A stretch of 32,000 nt of DNA from Candidatus Electrothrix yaqonensis (GTDB lineage: Bacteria; Desulfobacterota; Desulfobulbia; Desulfobulbales; Desulfobulbaceae). A program made the translations under genes and the position numbers. The stretch lies in the NCBI GenBank assembly GCA_047651235.1, contig CP178758.1, positions 210,001-242,000 of the forward strand, in the 5' to 3' direction. Of the stretch, positions 22,145 through 30,786 are shown piece after piece. Every line of letters begins with the position of its first letter. Position 1 is the stretch's first letter. Below the pieces are notes generated by a model. The model was not told where the DNA came from. It did not search any database and saw only the letters and a list, made by a program, of their open reading frames with translations.

Positions 22145-22777
22145 ATGCAGATGAAAAACATAATTTTCGGAAAAACGCAAGATATTACGGTCGGACAAAC
22201 TGTCAACATGCCCTTCTGGATTTCTCTGCTCACTGAAAAAATACAGACACTCAACCCGGCTTTTGCAGCCGGGTTCCGGCAATGGCTGTGGCAGCCCGGT
22301 ATGTGCTTTCAGGACGACCAGCTCTGGTGGGGCGAGAGAAAGAAACGCATTACCGCTCATGAGGGAATTGACCTGGCCTGTTCTGCAGATCAGCAGGGCC
22401 GCATCTGCTGGCTCGCTCCCGACCTGCTTGTTCCGGCAGTATTTCCGGGCCGGGTGGTGCAGCTGCATCAGGATTTTCTGAACTGGTCGCTGTACATCCG
22501 GCATGATCGATTCAGCCGGGACGGGGCTGTGCTGCACACGGTGTACGGACATGTCCGGCCAGAGGCGACGGTCTGTATCGGGCAGGAAGCTGCAGCAGGT
22601 GAGCCGGTGGCGGTACTGGCAGGATATCCGCGCAGTACAGTTCCGCTTCATCTTCATTTCACGGTGGCGTGGATACCGGAAAACATCGCGCCGCACCAGC
22701 TTGACTGGCAGATGCTGGGGGAAAACCGGCAGATTATTCTGCTTGATCCGGCGGCAGAGTGTGATTCGTCGGGGTGA
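22145..22777 (+). CDS. M23/LytM-family metallopeptidase-like protein without signal peptide
   Basis: HxxxD motif 'AHEGIDLA' and HxH motif 'LHLHFTV', with 'HTVYGHV' between them. The N-terminus 'MQMKNIIFGKTQDITVGQ' has no hydrophobic leader. Confidence 0.7.
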   Translation: MQMKNIIFGKTQDITVGQTVNMPFWISLLTEKIQTLNPAFAAGFRQWLWQPGMCFQDDQLWWGERKKRITAHEGIDLACSADQQGRICWLAPDLLVPAVFPGRVVQLHQDFLNWSLYIRHDRFSRDGAVLHTVYGHVRPEATVCIGQEAAAGEPVAVLAGYPRSTVPLHLHFTVAWIPENIAPHQLDWQMLGENRQIILLDPAAECDSSG

Positions 22778-22780
22778 GAG

Positions 22781-23299
22781 CTATTCCCCGGCTTCCTTCA
22801 GCACAGCGTCAATCAGTTCCTGGCGGATATAAATTCCGTTTTCCACCAAAGCCTCAAGACGCAGTCTGATGCTGTCCAGCAGTCCCCGCCGCTTGGCCCG
22901 AAGCAGCAGGCCAAGGGTGCCGATCTGCGGTACATCCAGGCGCTGGGCAACCTTTCTGGCCCGCAGATCATCCAGAAGGACAGTACATCCTGCTGTGGTC
23001 TGGGCCAGGGCAATAGCCTGCGCCTCTCCCTTACCCACAAAAATGCTGAGCGGTTTGACCAGTTGCGGAACAGGGGCCCGGATTTTGAGCCACCCGGCCT
23101 GACTCACTTTGTATGCCCCGGGATAATGTCGTCCGCGCACGGTCACTTCCTGCCATACCTCCGGCGGAATAAGGACTTCTGCAAACAGGCCGGGCAGCAG
23201 ATCGAGCTGATCAATCCGTGCAAGGCAGACCAGCGGGCCGCTGTCGGCAACAGACGCGACATCACGCACTACGCAGCTCATCCCGGATTTGTTCATCAT
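22781..23299 (-). CDS. DUF3368-family (PIN-like) protein, putative toxin of a UPF0175/DUF3368 pair
   Basis: 'GPLVCLARIDQLDLLPGLFAEVLIPPEVWQEV' and 'GKGEAQAIALA...VLLDDLRARKVAQRLDVPQIGTLGLLLRAKRRGLL' match the DUF3368 pattern from memory. It overlaps the upstream gene by up to 38 nt. Confidence 0.7.
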   Translation of the reverse strand: MMNKSGMSCVVRDVASVADSGPLVCLARIDQLDLLPGLFAEVLIPPEVWQEVTVRGRHYPGAYKVSQAGWLKIRAPVPQLVKPLSIFVGKGEAQAIALAQTTAGCTVLLDDLRARKVAQRLDVPQIGTLGLLLRAKRRGLLDSIRLRLEALVENGIYIRQELIDAVLKEAGE

Positions 23300-23552
23300 C
23301 CAGATTTATAACCGGAATGCCCATGCAGCCCAATTTTTCCATAAAGTTGAACTGGTGCATCCCGCACAGCTGCGCAGCCTTACCCAACGAAAGACGGTGC
23401 AGTTCAAACAGCTTGACAGCGAGCAGAAAACACAGTTCCTTCTCAAGCCCCTCTTTTGACTGGCCGGTGGAGAGTAAAAGGTCATCGCTGTACGGTATGG
23501 AAAGTGTCGGCAGCCCTTTGACCTCATGCTCTATTTCCTTTCCCATCTGCAA
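23262..23552 (-). CDS. UPF0175-family small protein, putative antitoxin partner
   Basis: 'LSIPYSDDLLLSTGQSKEGLEKELCFLLAVKLFELHRLSLGKAAQLCGMHQFNFMEKLGCMGIPV' is the typical UPF0175 layout. The start is ambiguous: TTG at 23552 or ATG at 23546. Confidence 0.7.
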   Translation of the reverse strand: MQMGKEIEHEVKGLPTLSIPYSDDLLLSTGQSKEGLEKELCFLLAVKLFELHRLSLGKAAQLCGMHQFNFMEKLGCMGIPVINLDDEQIRDELRSA

Positions 23553-24188
23553 TATCTTATTTATACAGCCTGCCTGCCCGGTACGCTGCCTTGCGCTTTT
23601 TTCTGCTCACGAACCGCACATCGCTTCGTATAAAAGGTAGTTCCTGCGTGGTCCAAATTTTTTCTGCAAGGTACAATGCAGCAACGGGACGCGATAGCGG
23701 ACAATCTTTTCAGGTTAAATTTCTTGCTTTAAATGTCATGCAAGAATTATACCTATTTTAGGTAAAAACAAAATGTTATATAACGAAAAGCACTGCCGTG
23801 CTTTTATCTGGAGCTTAAGAAAAAGAGCCTTTCTTTTCGTAATGTTTTCAGACAGTTTTTTGTACCGAAGAAAAGCAGATCGGATACTTTTTACCCGGCA
23901 CCGGGATGTTGGTGCGCCAGCGCACCGAAGCCCTTGAGGCGGTGATGCAAATCCGGGAGGAGATTGCGGCAAGCGAGGGAGAAAAGATCAGGACCGAGTC
24001 TGCATCCCTACGGGATCAGATCTTTTTATGCCCACGTTTTCATGGCTCAATTATGTTCAGGAGATCGGCGTAGCCCAACTCGCCGTTGACTGCAGCGATA
24101 TGATCGATATCTGACCAGTTTTTCCCAGGCAGCGTAGCAGTTTATCTGTTCAATATTCATTTGCTTTTTCTGAAGTGACAGGGTTGTC

Positions 24189-24449
24189 CTAATCGATATC
24201 TCCGGAAATTTTGAGGTAGCTTTGCATGTTGTTCTGCTGACAGGAGGAATACCTTGAAACATCTGGCTGTGTTAACTTCTGAAGATTTTCTCGCTGGACA
24301 TATCTTATCCCGATATCGCCATCATCATCGGCTTTAATTTTTACACGTTTTTCTGTAAATCCTATAATCTTACCTGCCACAGGGTACACATAATCACCCC
24401 AGGGTATCCGCTTGAGCCAGACAACTTTGTCGCCAATTTTGAATTCCAT
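24189..24449 (-). CDS. Small hypothetical protein (86 aa), possible SH3/KOW-like beta-barrel
   Basis: An ATG-started ORF. 'FKIGDKVVWLKRIPWGDYVYPVAGKIIGFTEKRVKIKADDDGDIGIRYVQRENL' has a beta-strand periodicity typical of small SH3-like folds. There is no convincing SD and the C-terminal tail looks odd. Confidence 0.35.
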   Translation of the reverse strand: MEFKIGDKVVWLKRIPWGDYVYPVAGKIIGFTEKRVKIKADDDGDIGIRYVQRENLQKLTQPDVSRYSSCQQNNMQSYLKISGDID

Positions 24450-24601
24450 GACAGCTCTATGTCCTAAAAAAGATTGTCCTCTTTCGTTTCACGCAAACAG
24501 ACTGGCCGGGTCTATTCAATGGTTCAACTTTCAATTACTCCGGCCTGAAACGATAAATATATCCCAAATAGCCGCAGGGAACAACAAGGTCATCAGTAAG
24601 G

Positions 24602-24742
24602 CTACCCTGGGATGGATAAGAAGGGAGGAGGCTGTGTGATCCCTACTTCCGGGTATGACGGTTGCTCTTTCTCTGCAGCACGGATACAGCCCGCCCCGAT
24701 AATCGATAAAACCGCAAAAACTGATAATGCTCTTCTGATCAT
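24602..24742 (-). CDS. Candidate 46-aa lipoprotein
   Basis: Internal ATG at 24742 of ORF 24602..24907, with GGAG 5 nt upstream. 'MIRRALSVFAVLSIIGAGC' reads as a signal peptide plus lipobox (I-G-A-G-C). The mature part is Pro-rich. Confidence 0.4.
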   Translation of the reverse strand: MIRRALSVFAVLSIIGAGCIRAAEKEQPSYPEVGITQPPPFLSIPG

Positions 24743-24968
24743 CTTGGCTCCGGCAGAACTGACTGGCAAAACAACTTTCTCCTTTTCAAGGAAAAAAATA
24801 CTGCTCATAGCTGTCAGGCAGAGTTGCTGCGCAGGTCTGATTGAGTGCAACGGAATCAGACAGTTTGAGTTTATTAAAAAAGACTGGTGTATAATCAGGC
24901 TTAACAATTCCGCAGTCTCTCGGCCTGCTGATTCTGAACAAAAAAATGTACACTGTTTTCAGGCGAAA

Positions 24969-27164
24969 ATGAAGCCCGAAAACAGCAGGCAATCGATCCG
25001 TAACAGAACATGCACGATTTCCATGACCCCTGCAATCAGCTTTTTCCGACACCCCGATATGAACAGGCGGCTTTCCATCTTGGGCGGTTGCATCGTCCTT
25101 ACCTGCCTCGGTATTTTCCTGCTTGACCTGCTCCTGCCATCCCCTCTGCCGGGAATCTTTCCCATGCCCTGTTCCACCCGTGTTGTTGACCGGAACGGCA
25201 GGGTGCTCCGCCTGTTCACCACCAAGGGCGGCTATTGGCGCCTTCCTGCCCGACTGGATGACCGGAAAGACGGTACAGCCGTTGATCCGGCCTTTATCCG
25301 TCTGCTGCTGGCCTGTGAGGACAAGCGCTTTTGGACCCATCACGGGGTGGACCTGCTTGCCGCCGGTCGGGCTTTTGTGCAGTTCATCACGCATGGCCGG
25401 GTGGTGTCCGGGGCCTCCACCATCACCATGCAGACTGTCCGTCTGCTGCGCCCGCATCCGCGCACTCTGGCAGGCAAAGTTTTTGAGATGATTCAGGCAG
25501 TGCGCCTGGAGCGGCTGCTCAGCAAACAGGAAATCCTGGAGACCTACCTGACCCTGGCCCCGTATGGCGGCAATATTGAAGGCATTGAGGCTGCCTGCCT
25601 GTTTTATTTTCAGAAGAACGCGGCCCGGATCACGCCGTCCCAAGCTGCCCTGCTGATCAGTCTGCCTCAGTCTCCTGAGCAGCGTCGGCCTGACAGGCGG
25701 CATGCGCAGGCTGTCACAGCCAGAAATACAGTGCTTTCCCGGCTTGAGGAGAACAATCTGCTGAGCACGGAGCAGGCAGTTCTTGGCCGCACTCAGCCGG
25801 TTCCCCGGAAACGTGGCCCGACGCCTTTTCTTGCCCCGCATCTGAGCGAACGGCTGCATTGGGCCCGTCCGGCGCAGGAGATCATCAGAACTTCGCTGGA
25901 CAGCCGTCTGCAGGAACAGCTGGAAAAAATTGCCGGGCAGGTCCAGGAACGGCTCGGTGCAGGCGGGCATAAAACCCTGGCCATGCTGGTAATCGAAAAT
26001 CGGACCCGGCAGGTTCTGGCCCATGTCGGATCAGGCAGCTATTGGCTCAGCCGCCTTGACCTGACCAGAGCCTCCCGTTCTCCCGGTTCTGCGCTCAAAC
26101 CCTTTATCTACGGTATGGCCTTTGAACAGGGTTTTCTCCACCCGGAGACCAGAATACTTGACCGGCCGGTGCGCTACGGCAGTTACGGCCCGGGGAATTT
26201 TGACGGCACCTTTCAGGGCTGGATTGCTGTGCGCGAGGCCCTGCACCGGTCTCTGAATCTGCCTGCAGTGCAGGTCCTGGCACGGGTTGGTCCACAGCGT
26301 CTACTCTCCCGTTTTGCCGGACTCGGCCTGGCTGTTGACCCAAACAGACTGCCCGGACTTTCTCTGGCTCTGGGCGGCACTTCAGTCACGCTGCAGGAAC
26401 TGGTGGCCCTGTATGCAGCCTTTGCGGAGCAGGGCCGGTACAGGCGGCTCAGCTTTACCCCGGATGCACCTGCTCCGGAGGGCAAGAGAATGCTTTCCAG
26501 GACAGCGGCCTGGTACGTGGACGAGATCCTCCGCACCATGCCGCTGACTTCCGGCCTGAGCGCAGAGAGCATACCGGGCGGCAGAATCCGCTACAAAACT
26601 GGGACCTCCTACGGATTTCGGGATGCCTGGGCCATCGGCTATAATCAGCAGTACACTATCGGCATCTGGATCGGCCGTCCGGACTGGGGCTACGGCAAAC
26701 ATACAACCGGGGCAAATTCGGCTGTACCGGTCCTGTTCCAGGTCTTTGCGGCTCTGCCTTCTGCCCGGTCCGGGCAGGAAAGAGGCGGGGAACTCCGGCA
26801 CGGCCTGCCCGCAGGTGTTATCCTGGGCCGTCATGATCAGCTTCCGCCGTACCTGCAAAGGTTCAGCCCCTCGTCCGGAAAAGAACTGCAGACCGACGTC
26901 CCCAGGATCTATTTCCCGGTTAACGGCAGCACAGTACAGCTTGAGCAGAAAAAACTGCCGGTCCTGGTCCTCAAGGCACGGGGCGGCACCCCACCTTTTC
27001 ACTGGCTGGTCAACGGTATTCCGCTCGGCAGAGAACACAGTGAACCCGTGACCTCGTACACCCCGCAGGGAGAAGGGCTGGCGCAGATCATCCTGGTGGA
27101 CAGCAGAGGAAAGCGGGATAAGGTTTCGGTGTGGGTGGATACGGGAGGGACTGCGGGGTTCTGA
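24969..27164 (+). CDS. pbpC: Penicillin-binding protein 1C (bifunctional glycosyltransferase/transpeptidase family)
   Basis: GT51 motifs 'EDKRFWTHHGVD', 'GASTITMQ', 'KVFEMIQAVRLE'. Transpeptidase motifs 'GSALKPF' (SxxK), 'SLN', 'KTGTS'. C-terminal PBP1C-type domain 'FHWLVNGIPLG'. The start is uncertain (ATG at 24969, 25023 or 25059). The ORF-track start at 24612 is rejected because it lies upstream of the membrane anchor and overlaps the opposite-strand lipoprotein ORF. Confidence 0.85.
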   Translation: MKPENSRQSIRNRTCTISMTPAISFFRHPDMNRRLSILGGCIVLTCLGIFLLDLLLPSPLPGIFPMPCSTRVVDRNGRVLRLFTTKGGYWRLPARLDDRKDGTAVDPAFIRLLLACEDKRFWTHHGVDLLAAGRAFVQFITHGRVVSGASTITMQTVRLLRPHPRTLAGKVFEMIQAVRLERLLSKQEILETYLTLAPYGGNIEGIEAACLFYFQKNAARITPSQAALLISLPQSPEQRRPDRRHAQAVTARNTVLSRLEENNLLSTEQAVLGRTQPVPRKRGPTPFLAPHLSERLHWARPAQEIIRTSLDSRLQEQLEKIAGQVQERLGAGGHKTLAMLVIENRTRQVLAHVGSGSYWLSRLDLTRASRSPGSALKPFIYGMAFEQGFLHPETRILDRPVRYGSYGPGNFDGTFQGWIAVREALHRSLNLPAVQVLARVGPQRLLSRFAGLGLAVDPNRLPGLSLALGGTSVTLQELVALYAAFAEQGRYRRLSFTPDAPAPEGKRMLSRTAAWYVDEILRTMPLTSGLSAESIPGGRIRYKTGTSYGFRDAWAIGYNQQYTIGIWIGRPDWGYGKHTTGANSAVPVLFQVFAALPSARSGQERGGELRHGLPAGVILGRHDQLPPYLQRFSPSSGKELQTDVPRIYFPVNGSTVQLEQKKLPVLVLKARGGTPPFHWLVNGIPLGREHSEPVTSYTPQGEGLAQIILVDSRGKRDKVSVWVDTGGTAGF

Positions 27165-27448
27165 GCGGCCTTTCAGGTGCAGAATTTAGTATCAGCATGA
27201 GCATAAGTTTAAAATTGCCCTGCACAACCCTTCCCCGCAAGAACAATATCAGCACGCCCCCTGTCTCTGCCGGTCGTCTTCTCCGGCGGGCTACCGTGCA
27301 GACCAATTTTCTATGCGATGTGATATTCCTGATGAAAAAATCATGATTTTATGTTCTGTTCAGTATGCTTTATCCGTCCGCAGGCTGAAACAGAGGCCAG
27401 CTTCTCTGCAGAATATTATCATACGTATCATACGGGACGCGACATGCT

Positions 27449-29404
27449 ATGGATTCGCCATTGACCGCCCAGGAGAACGAACAGCAGGTTGTTATACCTC
27501 CTGTCATGCCGCAGAATTTTTCCGAGCTGATGAACGCAATACAACGGGTTTTCAACATCAGCTTATACTATCCGTCCGGCCATCATCTGGCGGATCAGGC
27601 GATAAATACCTTTTTAGCCTCTGTCAAAAAAGGCATTCATAATGAACCTGAACCGTTTCTCCGTTTTACTGTTACAGATACAACCTTATCGCTGCAGAAT
27701 ATTGAGCTTGACTGCCGGCTTCCGTCAGTAAAAACGTTTCACGGCCATCTTCATACCCTGAATATCAGCTCTCTTGCCATCCATCGTGATATCACCCCGG
27801 ATGAGGCGCGTCAGTTTTTCGGGAATATCATCTCGTTCCGGGCCAAGATACAGCACAGCCGGAATTTCTCTGAAATGAGAATCACCGGCATGCCTAAGAC
27901 GATCAGAATTCATCACCATAAATTTGTCGCAGGTCAGGCATCAACTTCCGACAATATTCCCGACCATGCTGTACAGGCAACCGTCGATTCTTTACTCTCC
28001 TCCCTGGAGCAGCAGGGTATAGAGCAGGAACTGCTTGCTGTCTGCCGGCAGTTGTTGCTGTCAATCCCGGATGCTTTAAAAAAACGACAGGCCTCAAAGA
28101 CTGATCTTCCCTCTGTTACCTGGAGTGATGTGGAACAGTTACTTTCCGGCCTGGCTGAATTCATTTCCTCTTCTACGCAGGATGCTGCAGCGCCTCCTCT
28201 GGAAAAACATTATAATATAGATGCGCTGATAGCTATTCTGACAACGCTGGAAAATCCGGCGGAGCAAAATCAATCTAGAGAGACTGTCCGAAAGGCGATG
28301 AATCTCCTGATTGACCTGACAAAAGGCTCCTCACAGCCCCGGGATGATGCCCCGAAAGCAGACAAAGGGTTGCGTCCCGGTGACAGGCCGGGTATAAGCA
28401 TCAACGAGTTAAAGCTGAGTCTGCTGCCGATGAGGATACACCCTCTTCCGAGCCGATTTTTTGAGCGTGACCGAGGTGAGCAGCTGTCTATTTTCATGCT
28501 GATACTGGGACGAACCCCGGATGTTCAGGTTGTGATGGGCATACGGGATTCTTTGCATGACTGTTTTGCAACTCCCCTGCGGCCGGAAGAATGGAATATT
28601 GTCGTACAGGGAATGCGTCAACTGGTAAAAACGCTGGACAGCGGGCGGCTGCAATTTATTTTTTTTACTTTTCTTACAGTGCTGCGCAGCTCGGAACATA
28701 CCGGTCCGCTGATTTTTTTTCGGGATTTCTGCCGGAGATTACGGGTCACCGAATTTGCTTCCTGCTGGCCCTTTCTGATCAATGAGCTTCTCATTGAAGG
28801 TCCGCAGCAGCATCCTGAACTTTTTCATAAACTCTGCTCCCTTGCCGGTCGTCTGCCGGAACACTACATGCGCAGAGGAATCCCCTGCCTGAAGCAACTT
28901 GATGCCATGGGGAAGCGAAAGATCGCGGCAGATATTTTTTCGCCCCCGCCTCCCGGACTGTATTCCTTTTTCATTATCCTGCTTCAATCATCCCAGGCAG
29001 TATATATCTGTAAAAAATTCATTCTCGGTCTGCAGCAGCAGGCAATCGGCTGGCTGGACAGGGCGGTAGCTCCCTTCCTTGACGGCAGTCTGGCGTCAGA
29101 CCGCCTGTTTCTTATTGAACTGCTGCAGCAGGCCGATCCTGCTGCGCCGGATCAGCATCTGAAAAAGAAAGGTATTCAAATCATTATAGAGAGATTGCCG
29201 GCACTTTCCCTTGAGCGGAGAGAGGAAAAATGGGTGCCCGGGAGCATTGCTGCGTTGTCTGCTGTCCGCTTGCAGACGGCTTATGATCTGCTTACGAATA
29301 TAGCCCGGGGTAAACAGTATCTGCTTCTTTCCCAATGGCCCAAGGCTGCCCGTACTGCCGCCCGTAACGTGTTGACCAGATACTATCCTCCTGTTCACAG
29401 GTAG
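27449..29404 (+). CDS. Large (651 aa) predicted all-helical protein of unknown function, operonic with the HD-GYP gene
   Basis: A long ORF with codon usage like its neighbours. Its stop at 29402-29404 lies 8 nt before the next ATG. I recognise no catalytic motif. The N-terminal ~130 aa resemble the N-terminal module of the downstream protein by eye. Confidence 0.65.
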   Translation: MDSPLTAQENEQQVVIPPVMPQNFSELMNAIQRVFNISLYYPSGHHLADQAINTFLASVKKGIHNEPEPFLRFTVTDTTLSLQNIELDCRLPSVKTFHGHLHTLNISSLAIHRDITPDEARQFFGNIISFRAKIQHSRNFSEMRITGMPKTIRIHHHKFVAGQASTSDNIPDHAVQATVDSLLSSLEQQGIEQELLAVCRQLLLSIPDALKKRQASKTDLPSVTWSDVEQLLSGLAEFISSSTQDAAAPPLEKHYNIDALIAILTTLENPAEQNQSRETVRKAMNLLIDLTKGSSQPRDDAPKADKGLRPGDRPGISINELKLSLLPMRIHPLPSRFFERDRGEQLSIFMLILGRTPDVQVVMGIRDSLHDCFATPLRPEEWNIVVQGMRQLVKTLDSGRLQFIFFTFLTVLRSSEHTGPLIFFRDFCRRLRVTEFASCWPFLINELLIEGPQQHPELFHKLCSLAGRLPEHYMRRGIPCLKQLDAMGKRKIAADIFSPPPPGLYSFFIILLQSSQAVYICKKFILGLQQQAIGWLDRAVAPFLDGSLASDRLFLIELLQQADPAAPDQHLKKKGIQIIIERLPALSLERREEKWVPGSIAALSAVRLQTAYDLLTNIARGKQYLLLSQWPKAARTAARNVLTRYYPPVHR

Positions 29405-29412
29405 CACACCCC

Positions 29413-30786
29413 ATGTCGTTGAAACTGAACAGCCTGATCGTTTTTTTATGTAAAAGTATCGGACAGCGAAGGATCTACTTTGCAGACCATCCTATCATAC
29501 AGGAGACCTGCCGAAATTTTATAACCGATCTGCACAGTTTTCTTGCTGCCACGGGCAAAAAAAAACTGACGATCGGCATTGCTGAAAACAAAATTGTTTA
29601 TAAAGGGCATTATCTGATCGGTCCCAGTATCATGGGGCTGCAGCTGGTGGAATTTTCCAAGTCGATTCATTGCGCAGGTTTTGTGTTCGATGCCGACGTT
29701 ACCCTCCGGGAAGTACAGAAACTTCTTGAGCTTACTGACCATCATGCTCATCCTGTCAATAATCTTCAGGAAAGCAGAGAGTTTCTGAAGCTGCATCGTA
29801 TCGATAAAATACATCTGGAGGCCCAGTGCAGCGCGCCTCCCTCCAAAAAATCGAAGGGTGACCGGAAGGGACAGGATCAGGAGACAGAAGAGAGCGGCAG
29901 AAACACGCAGCATTCTCCTCTGGCAGTCTGTCAGGCACTTTTTGACGTTGTGGCAAAGTCATATGCTTATGTTAGCCTGAACCGGTCCATGGACATCAAC
30001 AGTGCGCGGTCGGTGAGCGAACATCTGCTTAACGTTACCCGGACCAGTTTTACGGATATGCTGCAGTTTGTCCAATATCCCGATCATGACAGCTATACGG
30101 TGGGGCATTCTGTCAGAGCTGCAATATTGGCTGTCTTTGTCGGTGAGCGTCTGGGCTTTGCCAACGAACACCTGATTGAGCTGGGGACCGCCGCCCTACT
30201 GCATGATGTGGGCAAGGGAAAAATTCCTTCGGAAATTATCTATAAAATGGGCAAGCTGACCCGGGAGGAATTTGAACTGATGCGGGCTCATCCTGCAATT
30301 GGCGCAGAGATTCTCCTTGAACACAAGGAGGCCACCCGGATGCAGATTACCGCAGCCTGGGGACATCATATCCGCTACGACGGCAGGGGATATCCGGAAG
30401 TTCCGTCCTGGGCGGTACGCAGTCATGTCACATCCCTTTTGCAGATCTGCGATGTCTTTGAGGCATTGACTGCTGTTCGGCCGTATAAACCCTCTATTAC
30501 TCCTTTGTCGGCATTCGGGATTATGGTCAATGACAAAGGAGCCTTTGATCCGGCACTGCTCTTTGCTTTTATTTCCGCCTTAGGTATTTATCCTCCCGGC
30601 AATCAGGTACGGCTGAACAATGGCTGCTTAGGCATGGTTGTTGCCTCCAGTTCGGAAATTGATAAACCTGTAGTCTGTATCACCCATGATCAGGCAGGCG
30701 ATGCCATAGATGAATGCGACCAGCAGGTTATTGATCTGTCAAAAGAGGCAGGAAAGGAAGTAACGGTTGCCGAACTGCTGATCTGA
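29413..30786 (+). CDS. HD-GYP domain protein (putative c-di-GMP phosphodiesterase) with N-terminal sensor-like module
   Basis: 'HSVRAAILAV', 'LLHDVGKGKIP', 'EFELMRAHPAIGAEIL' and 'HHIRYDGRGYP' form the HD...HDxGK...GYP signature. Confidence 0.85.
   Translation: MSLKLNSLIVFLCKSIGQRRIYFADHPIIQETCRNFITDLHSFLAATGKKKLTIGIAENKIVYKGHYLIGPSIMGLQLVEFSKSIHCAGFVFDADVTLREVQKLLELTDHHAHPVNNLQESREFLKLHRIDKIHLEAQCSAPPSKKSKGDRKGQDQETEESGRNTQHSPLAVCQALFDVVAKSYAYVSLNRSMDINSARSVSEHLLNVTRTSFTDMLQFVQYPDHDSYTVGHSVRAAILAVFVGERLGFANEHLIELGTAALLHDVGKGKIPSEIIYKMGKLTREEFELMRAHPAIGAEILLEHKEATRMQITAAWGHHIRYDGRGYPEVPSWAVRSHVTSLLQICDVFEALTAVRPYKPSITPLSAFGIMVNDKGAFDPALLFAFISALGIYPPGNQVRLNNGCLGMVVASSSEIDKPVVCITHDQAGDAIDECDQQVIDLSKEAGKEVTVAELLI

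Noticed and set aside
23906-24073. 55-codon ATG-started ORF with a coiled-coil-like N-terminal half
   Set aside because: It is too short and has no RBS, and its C-terminal half looks degenerate. I treat it as a possible gene remnant (see findings), not a feature.
24612-24968. 119-codon N-terminal extension of pbpC
   Set aside because: It precedes the membrane anchor, has a odd composition, and overlaps a better-supported opposite-strand lipoprotein ORF.
24786-26024. 412-aa minus-strand ORF inside pbpC
   Set aside because: It is an antisense shadow ORF typical of GC-rich DNA. The plus frame carries all the PBP glycosyltransferase and transpeptidase motifs.
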